This document shows positions 13,828 to 22,097 of a DNA stretch of 24,073 nt, in pieces. This stretch comes from a virus: IMG/VR virus record IMGVR_UViG_3300050505_000080; one strand, 5' to 3'. The number at the start of each line of letters is the position of its first letter. Position 1 is the first letter of the stretch. The notes beneath the pieces are model-generated. The model was not told the DNA's origin. It ran no database searches and saw only the letters and a program-made list of their open reading frames with translations. The position numbers and the translations under genes are program-made.

Positions 13828-15980
13828 CGCGGGGCCCGTCGCCCGTGTGCGCGTTGCTTCGACCGCTTCATAAGTTCCTGTTCGAGTTTCTTCACGTCTT
13901 GGACGCCGTGAAGGTGAACGCCGCCGTACACCGTCACCGCCCCGGCGTGTGCGAACTGCACGCCGCCGCGCGGGACGACACCGCCGGGCCCGACGGCGGC
14001 GAAGCGCTCGCGAATCCGTCGGCGTTGCTCGCGGCTCAAGCCGAGCCCGGCCGTGAGCGCGTCGGCGTTTGTCTTCACGAACGCCGTACGGTCTACGCGC
14101 TCGACGTGTTGCTTCAACTGCGCGCGCATATTGGCGAGAATTTCGGCGATCTTCGCGCGCACCGCCGCCGAGATTTTCCCGAGCCTGCCCGAGAGCACCG
14201 TTTCGATGTTCGCGAGTAGACCCTTGGTCTTGTCGGTATCGAGGAAGGTGCCCTTCACCGCGTCGCGGAGCCCGAGCAGCCGCCGTTGCAAGAGGGCGAC
14301 GCCGGGCACGAGCGGTTCGCCGGTCGGCCCGAGCCCGAGCCGCCCGAATTGCGCGGCGTCGCGGGCTCGCGCCGCGCGCTCGGCTCGTTGCTTGCGGCGG
14401 GCGGCTTGTTGCTCGGCCCGGCGGGCGAGCACGTCGGCGATTTGCCCCTGCACGGCGAGCAGTTGCTTTTGGAGGTCGAGATTCGTCTTATGCAACGCGA
14501 TTTGTCGCTTGAGGAATGTTTCGAGCCGGTGCAGCGCGCGGAGGTCGTCGGCGATGCCGGGCGTCGCTTGCGCTTGGTCGATGCGGAATTGCAAGAGGTC
14601 GATGAGCGCGCCGCGCCGTTCCTTCGTCATCGGCCCGGCGGTCGCCGTGCTCGCGGCTTTGGTGATCGTGTCGCGCGCCTTGCGAATCGCGTTCGCGATT
14701 GTCTTCGCGCTCTTCGTCAGCGAGTCGCCGACAAGGTCGGCGTGCGTTTGATTCTCGCCCGCGAATCGCCGCACGAGCGCGCTCTTGCTTCGGGTGCCGC
14801 CGAGCTTCCCGGCAAGCATCCCGACCAAGTCGAGCCCCGACTTGTCGGCGAACGGAATACCGAGGTCGCGCGCCTTGTCGGTGATTTCTTTCCGGTGAAT
14901 GAGCACTTCGAGCGCGATCGTGATTCCCGAGAGCGCGGCAATGCCGCCGAGCGCGGTGCGAAGCCCGGCTACCTCACCGGTCGCGGTCGTCGCCGCCGCG
15001 CCGGTCTCGGCTATTCCCGTCGTCAGTAGGCCGAACGACTTCGCGAGCGCGGCGAACTTGAATGCAGCGAATGTCGCGCCGAGCAGCACGAGCGCGTTTT
15101 TCGTTCCGCCGACGGCGTCGCTCAACGTCTTGAACGCGTCGATGAGCGGGGTGAGCACCGCTTTCGCGGCGGCGAAGGCGTCGGTCAAGAGCTTGGCCCC
15201 GACGGTCGCGTTGCGTTGCAGCCGCCCCGACCTATCCATTTTTTCGAGCCACCCGCCGAGCACGTTCAAGTAGCGGTTGAGTACGGGAAGAAGTGCGGCA
15301 CCAATGATTTCCTCGGTGTTGTGCAAGATCGCGTGGAAGCGTTCGGCGGCGGTCGTGTTGGCGGCGGCTTGCCCGGCGAGCTTGCGTTGCGCTTCGCGTA
15401 TCAAGTCCATGCCTTTCGCGTTTTTCGATAGACCGGGCACGGCTCGGCGAAGCGCGGTTTCCTGCCCGCCGAAGACCTTGCCGACGACGGCGGCGGCGGC
15501 GGCAAGGTCGATGTTTTTTACGCGCGCAATCTCGGCGGCGAGCGTTTGCAAGCGGGTCGCCTTCGTGATGTTCCCCGTCGCCCGATCGAGCACGGTGAGC
15601 GACTGAACAACCTCTTCGTTTGCGAAGCCAAACTTGCCGTACGAAAAAGCGACCCTTTCGACTTGGTCGCGGTTCGCTTTCCACGACTCGCCATTGGCTT
15701 TCAACTGCGCGGCGAGCGAGCGTTGCGCAACGGCGGCTCCACGAGCGGCGTCGATGGAGTCACGTAGCAGCGCGCTCGCCGACGAGAAAGCGAGGAAGCC
15801 GCCCGAGGCGAAGGCGAGCGACCGGCCGAGCCCCCGGAACACGCCCGACCCGGCGGCGGCACCGCGAAACATTTTCGACATATCGCGGTTGAAGCGAGCC
15901 GCGCTCTTCGAGGAACGGTAAAAGGCACGTTCGAGCGAGCGCGAATCGCCAAGGATGAGAACGGAAATCGGGCGGGCCAC
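13824..15980 (-). CDS. Tape measure protein, 718 aa
   Basis: A long Ala/Leu/Gly-rich helical protein with hydrophobic central segments, positioned after the chaperone genes. GTG at 15978-15980 shares its G with the TAG of the frameshifted chaperone frame. Confidence 0.85.
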   Translation of the reverse strand: MARPISVLILGDSRSLERAFYRSSKSAARFNRDMSKMFRGAAAGSGVFRGLGRSLAFASGGFLAFSSASALLRDSIDAARGAAVAQRSLAAQLKANGESWKANRDQVERVAFSYGKFGFANEEVVQSLTVLDRATGNITKATRLQTLAAEIARVKNIDLAAAAAVVGKVFGGQETALRRAVPGLSKNAKGMDLIREAQRKLAGQAAANTTAAERFHAILHNTEEIIGAALLPVLNRYLNVLGGWLEKMDRSGRLQRNATVGAKLLTDAFAAAKAVLTPLIDAFKTLSDAVGGTKNALVLLGATFAAFKFAALAKSFGLLTTGIAETGAAATTATGEVAGLRTALGGIAALSGITIALEVLIHRKEITDKARDLGIPFADKSGLDLVGMLAGKLGGTRSKSALVRRFAGENQTHADLVGDSLTKSAKTIANAIRKARDTITKAASTATAGPMTKERRGALIDLLQFRIDQAQATPGIADDLRALHRLETFLKRQIALHKTNLDLQKQLLAVQGQIADVLARRAEQQAARRKQRAERAARARDAAQFGRLGLGPTGEPLVPGVALLQRRLLGLRDAVKGTFLDTDKTKGLLANIETVLSGRLGKISAAVRAKIAEILANMRAQLKQHVERVDRTAFVKTNADALTAGLGLSREQRRRIRERFAAVGPGGVVPRGGVQFAHAGAVTVYGGVHLHGVQDVKKLEQELMKRSKQRAHGRRAPR

Positions 15981-16506
15981 TACTCGCCCCCGCCGTGCAG
16001 GGCTTCGAAGAGGTCAACGCACCCGAGCATTTGCGCGGGCGTCAACTCTCCGAGGTCGCCGGGTCGAACTCCGAAGAGCCCAAGCCGCGCGTCCCAATAG
16101 GTGACCGGGTCGGCTCCGAGCTCGCCGAACTCGGCTTCAAATCGTCCCCAAAAATGGGCGTGTTCCCGTTCGAGTTTTCGGCCGGGGGGCCCGCATCACC
16201 CTCGGGCTCTTCTTCCTCGTCAGACTCAAAGCGAAGGATTGCTTCAGCCGGGGCGTCGAGTAGCCGCTCGTACACGTGCGGCACCTCGGGGGCTTCGACC
16301 TTCCCCGCCCGGCGAATCGCGATCGCGGCGAGCACACAAATAAATTCCGGGTCGCCGAGCACGTCGCCGTCCACTTGCATGGGGAGGTAACCCGCGAGCC
16401 GTTTAACCCATCCCCACTCGCGCGAGGTGAGCCCGTTGCCAAGGTCAAGCTCGTAGCGGCCGTCGTACGCGCGGGAGAGCCCTTCGAGCGTAATGAAGTC
16501 AGTCAT
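15980..16506 (-). CDS. Tail assembly chaperone frameshift product (gpGT-like), about 175 aa via -1 slip at 16183-16189
   Basis: After C CCC CCG the -1 frame reads GRKLEREHAHFWGRFEAEFGELGADPVTYWDARLGLFGVRPGDLGELTPAQMLGCVDLFEALHGGGE, then TAG at 15980-15982. This overlaps the tape-measure GTG (TAGTG). The -1 frame opens only 4 codons before the heptamer (TGA at 16196-16198). Confidence 0.55.
16042..16506 (-). CDS. Tail assembly chaperone (gpG-like), 154 aa
   Basis: ATG at 16504-16506 has GGGAGGTG upstream. The gene lies directly upstream of the tape measure and has an acidic stretch ESDEEEEPEGD. It contains the slippery heptamer. Confidence 0.7.
   Translation of the reverse strand: MTDFITLEGLSRAYDGRYELDLGNGLTSREWGWVKRLAGYLPMQVDGDVLGDPEFICVLAAIAIRRAGKVEAPEVPHVYERLLDAPAEAILRFESDEEEEPEGDAGPPAENSNGNTPIFGDDLKPSSASSEPTRSPIGTRGLGSSEFDPATSES
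16183..16189 (-). promoter_or_regulatory. -1 programmed ribosomal frameshift heptamer C CCC CCG
   Basis: Canonical X XXY YYZ in the zero frame (GGC CCC CCG = G P P). Confidence 0.5.
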
Positions 16507-16918
16507 GCTGCGGCACACCTCCCGGTGCCTCGTTGAAGCGCGCGGCGATTACGTCCAAGGCGAGTTCCATACGCCGGTTCGTTTCTGCCTCGTTGTCGTG
16601 CAGCGCGGGTATGAGCGCGTGGCGCATTTGCCACGCGCCCCACTCGGGGTGAAGCCCGGTCGTGCGCCGTAGCGACTGCTCGACCGACACGCCGCGTTGC
16701 CGGACGGCGACGCGATACCCGGCGGCGGTGCGCGCGTCCGGCGTGCCTTTCTCTCGGAGCACGTCGCGGGCGGCGTCCACTTGCACCCGTGTGCCGGTCT
16801 CCCGAAGTACCTTGCGAACCTCGCGCTTGGTCGCCACGTCGCACGCGGCGAGCCCAACGATTAGTTCCCGGTATCCCTCAACGCGGAGGGTTTCGCCTTG
16901 GGCCCCACCGCGTGCCAC
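16499..16918 (-). CDS. Neck/tail completion protein, HK97 gp10-like (tentative), 139 aa
   Basis: GTG at 16916-16918 lies directly after the upstream TGA. The pattern LRVEGYRELIVGL..REVRKVLRETGTRVQVDAARDV...HPEWGAWQMRHALIPAL resembles the gp10 family (by eye). Its position after the tube gene is unusual. Confidence 0.5.
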   Translation of the reverse strand: MARGGAQGETLRVEGYRELIVGLAACDVATKREVRKVLRETGTRVQVDAARDVLREKGTPDARTAAGYRVAVRQRGVSVEQSLRRTTGLHPEWGAWQMRHALIPALHDNEAETNRRMELALDVIAARFNEAPGGVPQHD

Positions 16919-17350
16919 TCACGGCCCCGGCGTGTCGAAGAAGACCAAGCCCGCTTCGTCGGCGGCAACGAACTCGCACGAAAAGGTGTCGGCATCGCCG
17001 CGCGTCGCACCGGGGTTGTACGTCAACGCCTGCACGTTGCCGCGAAGCTCGGGATTCGTCGCCGACACCGGGTTGTTCATGTCCGGTCGCCACGCGAAGG
17101 GGACAATGTCCCGGTTCTTGTGAATCGGGTAAATCGTTTGGTGCACCTCGGCGGCGTCGTACGAGCCGTAGAACTCGACCGTTACCGACTGCGTCGTTTG
17201 CCCGGCTAGAAACTCGTTCGCGCCGGTCGGGTTGAAGCCGGATACGTCAACGCGATCGTGCTCCGACGAGAGCGCCACCGAACGCGCGAAGTCGGAAAGG
17301 TCGGTGCCGTCCACGGTGACGGAATCGCTTAGGGCAATGCGCTTGCTCAC
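16919..17350 (-). CDS. Major tail (tube) protein, 143 aa
   Basis: GTGA overlap at 17347-17350. A beta-rich sequence of tube-protein style (VTVDGTDLSDFARSVALSSEHDRVDVSGFNPTGANEFLAGQTTQSVTVEFYG), near the chaperone and tape-measure genes. Confidence 0.6.
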   Translation of the reverse strand: MSKRIALSDSVTVDGTDLSDFARSVALSSEHDRVDVSGFNPTGANEFLAGQTTQSVTVEFYGSYDAAEVHQTIYPIHKNRDIVPFAWRPDMNNPVSATNPELRGNVQALTYNPGATRGDADTFSCEFVAADEAGLVFFDTPGP

Positions 17351-17520
17351 TTCGAAGCCTCCTTCGGCTCATCGGTTTTCTTCGAAGCCACTTCGCGAAT
17401 TGCGCCGCGCGCCTTCGCACGCCGCGCAACGTCTTCGGGAAGGGCGGCTTCGAACGTTTCGCCCTGCGCGTGGCCCATAAAGCCGGTGCGGGCGATTACT
17501 CGATACTTGGCCTTGGTCAT
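17347..17520 (-). CDS. Hypothetical small protein, 57 aa
   Basis: ATG at 17518-17520 forms an ATGA overlap with the upstream stop. Lys/Glu-rich tail. Confidence 0.5.
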   Translation of the reverse strand: MTKAKYRVIARTGFMGHAQGETFEAALPEDVARRAKARGAIREVASKKTDEPKEASK

Positions 17521-17927
17521 AGGAATGTCGTCACTCTCCATTCGCACCCAAGCAACCGCTCGGCGGCGGGTTGGTCGTCGGCGTATTGGGTGAAGCCGGA
17601 AACGCCGCCCTCGGCGATCGCGAGCCCTTCCACATCGGCGAGTGCTTTCTCGACCGACGCCGGGTCGTCCGGGTCGAGCATCCGAAGCAAGGTCGTTTGC
17701 GCGGTCGGCGGGTCGCTCATCGCGACCCGAGCTCGCACCGTAAGGAACACTTGATTGTTGCCCGCCCCGAAGCTCGCCCCAATCTGAAACGGGGTGGACG
17801 GGTACACGTCGAGCGCGGGCGGCGTCGGCACGTCCGACCAACCCGGATACACCGTGAGGTCTTCTATCTCGTCGGCGATGGGTGCAAGCCCGGCCGCAAC
17901 GTCGGCGATCAACTGCACGAGGCTCAC
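17517..17927 (-). CDS. Head-tail joining / tail terminator-like protein, 136 aa
   Basis: GTG at 17925-17927 forms a GTGA overlap with the connector stop. The call rests on position and size. Confidence 0.55.
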   Translation of the reverse strand: MSLVQLIADVAAGLAPIADEIEDLTVYPGWSDVPTPPALDVYPSTPFQIGASFGAGNNQVFLTVRARVAMSDPPTAQTTLLRMLDPDDPASVEKALADVEGLAIAEGGVSGFTQYADDQPAAERLLGCEWRVTTFL

Positions 17928-18265
17928 CCAACGCCCCACTCGTGCTCAAGCGACGCGAGCTTGCGCGCGTGCCGGTACCACGAGTCGCGGGCGGTGAGCA
18001 CCGACGGCACCTCGGGCCCTTGCGGCAACGCGCCGAAGGGAAGCAACCGCCAATGCTCGCTCGCCCGTTCGATATTCACGACCTTGACGAGCGCCAACTC
18101 GTCGTCGGTGAGGTCAACCGGGATGCCGGTCACGTTCCAACCGAGGTGCGAATCAATCTCGGCGGTGGCCGCGTCCAAGCAATAGTCCGCCCGGTCAAGT
18201 TGCGCGTCCGACGGCGTCGAAATGTCGAGCCGCGCAAGGAACTCGTCAACGGTCGCGTAACTCAC
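17924..18265 (-). CDS. Head-tail connector (gp6-like), 113 aa
   Basis: GTG at 18263-18265 forms a GTGA overlap. The N-terminus VSYATVDEFLARLDISTPSDAQLDRADYCLDAATAEIDSHLG matches the gp6-like connector pattern. Confidence 0.6.
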   Translation of the reverse strand: MSYATVDEFLARLDISTPSDAQLDRADYCLDAATAEIDSHLGWNVTGIPVDLTDDELALVKVVNIERASEHWRLLPFGALPQGPEVPSVLTARDSWYRHARKLASLEHEWGVG

Positions 18266-18510
18266 TTCGTCGCCTCGATTGCCTCGGTGATTTCTGCCTT
18301 GGTCATCGAGTCGTCGGCTTGCACGCCGCGCGCTTCCGCTTCGGCGAGCAATTCCGACTTGGTCATGCCCGCGAGCGGGTCTTCGGCTTCGAGTACGCCG
18401 GGCACGCCGCCCGTGCCTTCGTCCCACGGGGCCGATTGGTCTTCCCGTACGACTTGCTGATTTGGGGCGTCCCAAATCGTGCCGCCCGCGTCTTGCTCGG
18501 TGGCGGTCAC
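18262..18510 (-). CDS. Small protein with two HeH/Rho_N-like motifs, 82 aa
   Basis: GTGA overlap with the capsid stop. Contains MTKSELLAEAEARGV and MTKAEITEAIEA. Confidence 0.6.
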   Translation of the reverse strand: MTATEQDAGGTIWDAPNQQVVREDQSAPWDEGTGGVPGVLEAEDPLAGMTKSELLAEAEARGVQADDSMTKAEITEAIEATK

Positions 18511-19712
18511 GTGACCGTCACCTTGATGATGCCGAGCGGTTCCATGATGAGTTCCGTGAAGTAGCCCGCGTAGGCAACCTGCACGCCCAAAACGGAGGGC
18601 TCCACGACCTGCAACGAGCCAACGCGGTCTTCGTACACCTCAGCCGCCGCCGACGAAAGCACCATGAGCGACTTCGCGGCGGCGAAGCCGCCGGTCACGA
18701 TCACGGTGATGCCCGAGATTGCCCCGAGCGCACCCTGCCCGTAGGTCGCGGCGTTGAAGCCATACGACTGCGCATCGACCGGGTTAATCGGCGCGAAGAG
18801 CGGGCCGAGAATCCCGAGCACGTCGGGCGAGGCAACGGCGAGCAACCGCCCCTGCCCCTTGGTCGCCGTATACACCTGCCCCGCCGCCGTCCAAAGCGCG
18901 GCGGCGACGGCGTCGCCATTCGGGGTTGCCGGAATGGTCGGCCCGGCGGTTGCCCCGGTGTAAAACGCCTGCACGGCGTCGGCTTCGCTGACGAGCGCAT
19001 ACTCGGCCGCGAGGTCGTTAATAACGATGTCCATAATTGCCGGTTGCGTCCAATCAATGTCTTGACGGGACACGTTCACGTAGCCGCCCAAGGTCTTGGC
19101 CGTGACCGGCACCTTGGAAATGACCATTTTGCGGCTCGGGAGTTCTGCCTTTTCGGCCGACTGCGCACCGACTTGCGTGTGCTGCGTGACCCTCGGCCGC
19201 GACCATGAACCGTTCGGCAACTGCCGGGGGCCGAGCGCGGCCACCATTGGCCGGGCGGCGTCGATGAAGTTGACGACCGGCCCCAGAATTTCGGTCGGTA
19301 GCAATCCGGGGTTGTCGGCCGTCGTTTGGTGCGCGGCGGCTCGGTGGTAGAGGTCGAGCCGGTGCACGGCTTCGTCCATGCCGAGCCCGGCCCGCCACCG
19401 GTCGAGCACGTACTCGCCCGCCGAGCGGTATTCCATTTTGCGCGGCTTGTCGTCGCCGTCGCCCATGAACTTGGCGAGTTGGGCGATGCGTTCGGCCGAG
19501 TCGCCCGAGATTCGCCGCGCCTCTTCGAGCGGGGCCATAAGCCCGTTCACCGTTCCGATGCGGTCGCGGGCTCGGGTGACAAGTTCGAGTTCCTGCTCGT
19601 TAAGGTCGCGCTCTTCGTTTTGCGCGGCTTCAACGAGCCCGTCGATGAACGTCTGACGCTCTTCAATCTCGCCGACGTAGCGAGCGAGCATCGCGTCGGT
19701 TTGTCGTGCCAT
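18507..19712 (-). CDS. Major capsid protein, HK97 fold with N-terminal delta/scaffold-like domain, 401 aa
   Basis: ATG at 19710-19712. The first ~100 aa form a coiled coil (EIEERQTFIDGLVEAAQNEERDLNEQELELV). The rest resembles the Phage_capsid family. Its position after the protease fits. Confidence 0.85.
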   Translation of the reverse strand: MARQTDAMLARYVGEIEERQTFIDGLVEAAQNEERDLNEQELELVTRARDRIGTVNGLMAPLEEARRISGDSAERIAQLAKFMGDGDDKPRKMEYRSAGEYVLDRWRAGLGMDEAVHRLDLYHRAAAHQTTADNPGLLPTEILGPVVNFIDAARPMVAALGPRQLPNGSWSRPRVTQHTQVGAQSAEKAELPSRKMVISKVPVTAKTLGGYVNVSRQDIDWTQPAIMDIVINDLAAEYALVSEADAVQAFYTGATAGPTIPATPNGDAVAAALWTAAGQVYTATKGQGRLLAVASPDVLGILGPLFAPINPVDAQSYGFNAATYGQGALGAISGITVIVTGGFAAAKSLMVLSSAAAEVYEDRVGSLQVVEPSVLGVQVAYAGYFTELIMEPLGIIKVTVT

Positions 19713-19732
19713 TGCGCGGGAACCTCACTTTC

Positions 19733-19757
19733 GCGTTAACAAGAGGTCGGTTAACGC
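19733..19757 (-). promoter_or_regulatory. Hairpin just 5' of the capsid ribosome-binding site
   Basis: An 8-bp perfect stem (gcgttaac / gttaacgc) with a 9-nt loop, adjacent to the 10-bp palindrome gccgtacggc (19756-19765). Role unknown. Confidence 0.3.
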
Positions 19758-19856
19758 CGTACGGCTCCGCGTCCCCCGCAACCGCGCGCCCGTCCAACGG
19801 GTGGCCTAGCCTTCGCGCGGGTAGTTCAGCGGTTCGGCAACGAGGTTAGAGCAAAC

Positions 19857-20024
19857 TCATTCGTCGTGCAAACGCACGCGCCGAAGTTCGAGCACGTGAC
19901 CAAGTGCGGCTTCGTGATTCGCCGCCGCGTCGAAGAGTGCTTCGAGCACGTAATCGGGTGCGTCCGACGGAAGCGAAATCAAAATGCCCGACGGCACGCC
20001 GTCGAGCCATACCTCGAAGACCAC
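19857..20024 (-). CDS. Acidic small protein, 55 aa
   Basis: GTG at 20022-20024 lies 4 nt after the TGA of the upstream micro-ORF. Product: VVFEVWLDGVPSGILISLPSDAPDYVLEALFDAAANHEAALGHVLELRRVRLHDE. GC3 is lower than in neighbouring genes (hand count). Confidence 0.45.
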   Translation of the reverse strand: MVFEVWLDGVPSGILISLPSDAPDYVLEALFDAAANHEAALGHVLELRRVRLHDE

Positions 20025-20028
20025 CAAT

Positions 20029-20115
20029 TCACGTCCAGCCGAAGCCCCAAATAAGCGCCGCCCAAAACGCAATCGCGATTGCGACCAAGGCGAGGTCTTT
20101 CGTCGTAAACGTCAT
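20029..20115 (-). CDS. Micro-ORF: 28-aa hydrophobic peptide MTFTTKDLALVAIAIAFWAALIWGFGWT
   Basis: ATG at 20113-20115 forms an ATGA overlap with the upstream stop. GAAGGGGA SD 5 nt upstream. Confidence 0.45.
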   Translation of the reverse strand: MTFTTKDLALVAIAIAFWAALIWGFGWT

Positions 20116-20231
20116 CGTGTCCCCTTCGTTTTGCGCGGTCGGCCCTTCGCGGTGTTGGGATGCTTCGAGTCGCGCCCCCCGCCCTTCTTGAACGGTGCCG
20201 CCCTTTTGCCGCCAAACGCTTGCCGTTTCAT
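20112..20231 (-). CDS. Micro-ORF: 39-aa highly basic peptide MKRQAFGGKRAAPFKKGGGRDSKHPNTAKGRPRKTKGTR
   Basis: ATG at 20229-20231 forms an ATGA overlap with the protease stop. Its 3' end carries the SD for the next micro-ORF. Confidence 0.45.
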   Translation of the reverse strand: MKRQAFGGKRAAPFKKGGGRDSKHPNTAKGRPRKTKGTR

Positions 20232-20812
20232 CCCGTGCCCCCAATCCGTCGGTAGTCGTCTTCGAGCCGCCACGAGCGCACAAGGTCGAGATTGGGCGTC
20301 GGCACCGGCTCGCCTTCGACGTGCTCGGCGTTGCGCACGGCGAGCACCCGCGCCGACTCGTATGCCGGGTCGGGCGTTAACGCGATATGCCCGAGCCACG
20401 CCCGCGTAATGCGCATCCGGTTACGCGCTTCCCACGTTTCACCACCCGGCATCGGGAGGTAGCCCGCCGACGCGTCGAGACATTCCTCATCGGCGAGCGT
20501 GAGCGTTTCGTCGCCGAGCGGGGTGCGGGCAATACGAAGCTCGGCAACAAGGCCCTCGTCGCGCGAGGGGTGCAGCGCGAGCGCGCGGCCGACGGTGCGT
20601 TGCAACTCGTGGTCGCGGTTGACCCGGATGCGGTTCGCCCGGCGTTCGATGCCGTCGAACGAGCCCCGGCTTATCACCTCGGTCACCATGCGATCTTCCG
20701 ACGGGTGCGGAACGAGCGCTTCGGTTTCGTACGGCATGACGACGAGCTCGATGATTCTCTTGGGGAACGACACGCCGATTTGCTCGGCGGTGCGAAAGCG
20801 AAGTTCGCTCAT
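20228..20812 (-). CDS. Prohead maturation protease (HK97/S78 family), 194 aa
   Basis: ATG at 20810-20812 forms an ATGA overlap with the portal stop. VNRDHELQRTVGRALALHPSRDEGLVAELRIARTPLGDETLTLADEECLDASAGY matches the S78 pattern. Confidence 0.75.
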   Translation of the reverse strand: MSELRFRTAEQIGVSFPKRIIELVVMPYETEALVPHPSEDRMVTEVISRGSFDGIERRANRIRVNRDHELQRTVGRALALHPSRDEGLVAELRIARTPLGDETLTLADEECLDASAGYLPMPGGETWEARNRMRITRAWLGHIALTPDPAYESARVLAVRNAEHVEGEPVPTPNLDLVRSWRLEDDYRRIGGTG

Positions 20813-22068
20813 CGAATCGCCCCTTCCAACGGCGTTGCGTTGTTCAAGCGTTCGGCCGTTTGTATTTGTTCGACCGAAAGCACGGGCACGCCTTGGTCGC
20901 TTCGGATGCCGTTCAGAATCGCCGCCGTTTGCGCCCGTTCGAGCGGGCCCGGTTGCACGTATGCGTCTTGATTGATTTCGACCGAGGTGCCGCGCGGTAG
21001 CAGCCATTCCGACAAGCCCGAGGTGACCGTTTCCGCTTTCGGACGGAGCCCGGCCCGCCAATGGAAATCGAAGATCGCGTTCACGTTCGCGTACGTCATC
21101 GGGTCGCCGCCCGAGGGTAGGCCCATGAGGAAGGGCGGCACCCCGAGCAAGATCGCAATGCGCGCGTCGTTCCACTGCAAGAGGTCGAGCAGGGCCATTT
21201 CTTTCGGGTTGAGTTGCGTCGGCTTCCACGTGACGCCGCCCGACAAAACGGCGGGCTCGCCGAGCGCGGATTGGCGGGCCACGACCCATTGCTCACGAAG
21301 CTCGGCCGACTGTTGTTTCGTGAGTCGTTCCGGGTGTTCGAGCACCGACGCCGGGATGCCGCCCGACGACGCGAGCCCGGCCGCGTAGCGGGCGAGGATT
21401 TGCCCGGCGATGAGCTTGCCCGAGCCTTGCTCAAGCGGGCCGTGCCCGTGCGCGTCGGAAACGGTCGATTGGTAGCGAAGGTGAAGCAAGTCTTCGGATA
21501 CGTCTTCGCCGCCGATCGTGTAGCGACGAAAGCCCTCGTCCATTTCGACGTTGACCGCCCACGGCGGGACGACGTGAAAACGGGCGGGCCACCCCGACGT
21601 ATAGCGGGCCGTCGAGAGAATGAACGCTTCCCCAAGTTGGTAGTCCCAAAAGAGTTGCTTCGCGAATTCCTCCCACGACGAATAAAGGTCGGGGTCGGGG
21701 TTGGTCATCCATCCCGCATCGAGCGAGGGGGCGGCGTTCACGAGGTAGGGCGGCATCGTCGCGAGCAACGACGAGTTGAGGTCGAGACACGCCCACGCGG
21801 TATCGGTCAGCGACGAGATATAGCCCGAGCCCCAATTTGGGGGCCACCAATCCGACGGCCACCCCGACCACGCCGAAGCGACTACCGAGGGCGGCGGTAT
21901 CGAGGGCGGGTCTTCGCCTTCGAGCACGACGCCGTGCGGGTCGCCGGGCGTGGCCGAGGGCGGGCCGACCGTCGCGGGGGGCACCGACGCCGGGTCGTTG
22001 TCGTTTGGGGTGACCGGGTCGGGAGGGCGTATCGACCGGTCACGTAACCCAAAACGCACGGCAAGCAA
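20809..22068 (-). CDS. Portal protein (HK97-type), up to 419 aa; start uncertain
   Basis: Conserved portal-like core (ILSTARYTSGWPARFHVVPPWAVNVE ... LLQWNDARIAILLGVPPFLMGLP). The track start is TTG at 22066-22068 with no SD. The first ~15 codons have low GC3. GTG at 22057-22059 is an alternative start. Confidence 0.8.
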   Translation of the reverse strand: MLAVRFGLRDRSIRPPDPVTPNDNDPASVPPATVGPPSATPGDPHGVVLEGEDPPSIPPPSVVASAWSGWPSDWWPPNWGSGYISSLTDTAWACLDLNSSLLATMPPYLVNAAPSLDAGWMTNPDPDLYSSWEEFAKQLFWDYQLGEAFILSTARYTSGWPARFHVVPPWAVNVEMDEGFRRYTIGGEDVSEDLLHLRYQSTVSDAHGHGPLEQGSGKLIAGQILARYAAGLASSGGIPASVLEHPERLTKQQSAELREQWVVARQSALGEPAVLSGGVTWKPTQLNPKEMALLDLLQWNDARIAILLGVPPFLMGLPSGGDPMTYANVNAIFDFHWRAGLRPKAETVTSGLSEWLLPRGTSVEINQDAYVQPGPLERAQTAAILNGIRSDQGVPVLSVEQIQTAERLNNATPLEGAIR

Positions 22069-22069
22069 G

Positions 22070-22097
22070 AGGATAGAGCACGCTAATGCGTTTGCAA
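22070..22097 (-). promoter_or_regulatory. Candidate promoter in front of portal (TTGCAA - 16 nt - TATCCT)
   Basis: -35-like hexamer at 22092-22097 and -10-like hexamer at 22070-22075 on the minus strand. The predicted start falls a few nt before the GTG at 22059 (short-leader or leaderless mRNA). Based on consensus matching only. Confidence 0.3.

Noticed and set aside
15760-16017. 85-aa ORF bridging the chaperone and tape-measure genes
   Set aside because: It overlaps the tape-measure N-terminus out of frame and is Arg/Pro-rich. The -1 frame product ending at 15980 explains this interval better.
16137-16448. 103-aa ORF as the frameshift partner of the chaperone
   Set aside because: It is in the +1 frame and terminates before the G stop, so it cannot extend the protein. 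Its composition is Arg/Ser/Thr-rich.
19818-19900. tRNA-like strings (GGGTAGTTCAGCGGTT resembling a D-arm, GAAGTTCGAGC resembling a T-loop)
   Set aside because: I could not build a cloverleaf. The D-stem has no complement, the T-stem pairs fail (C-G, G-U, then mismatches), the spacing is wrong, and the 3' part overlaps a coding ORF.
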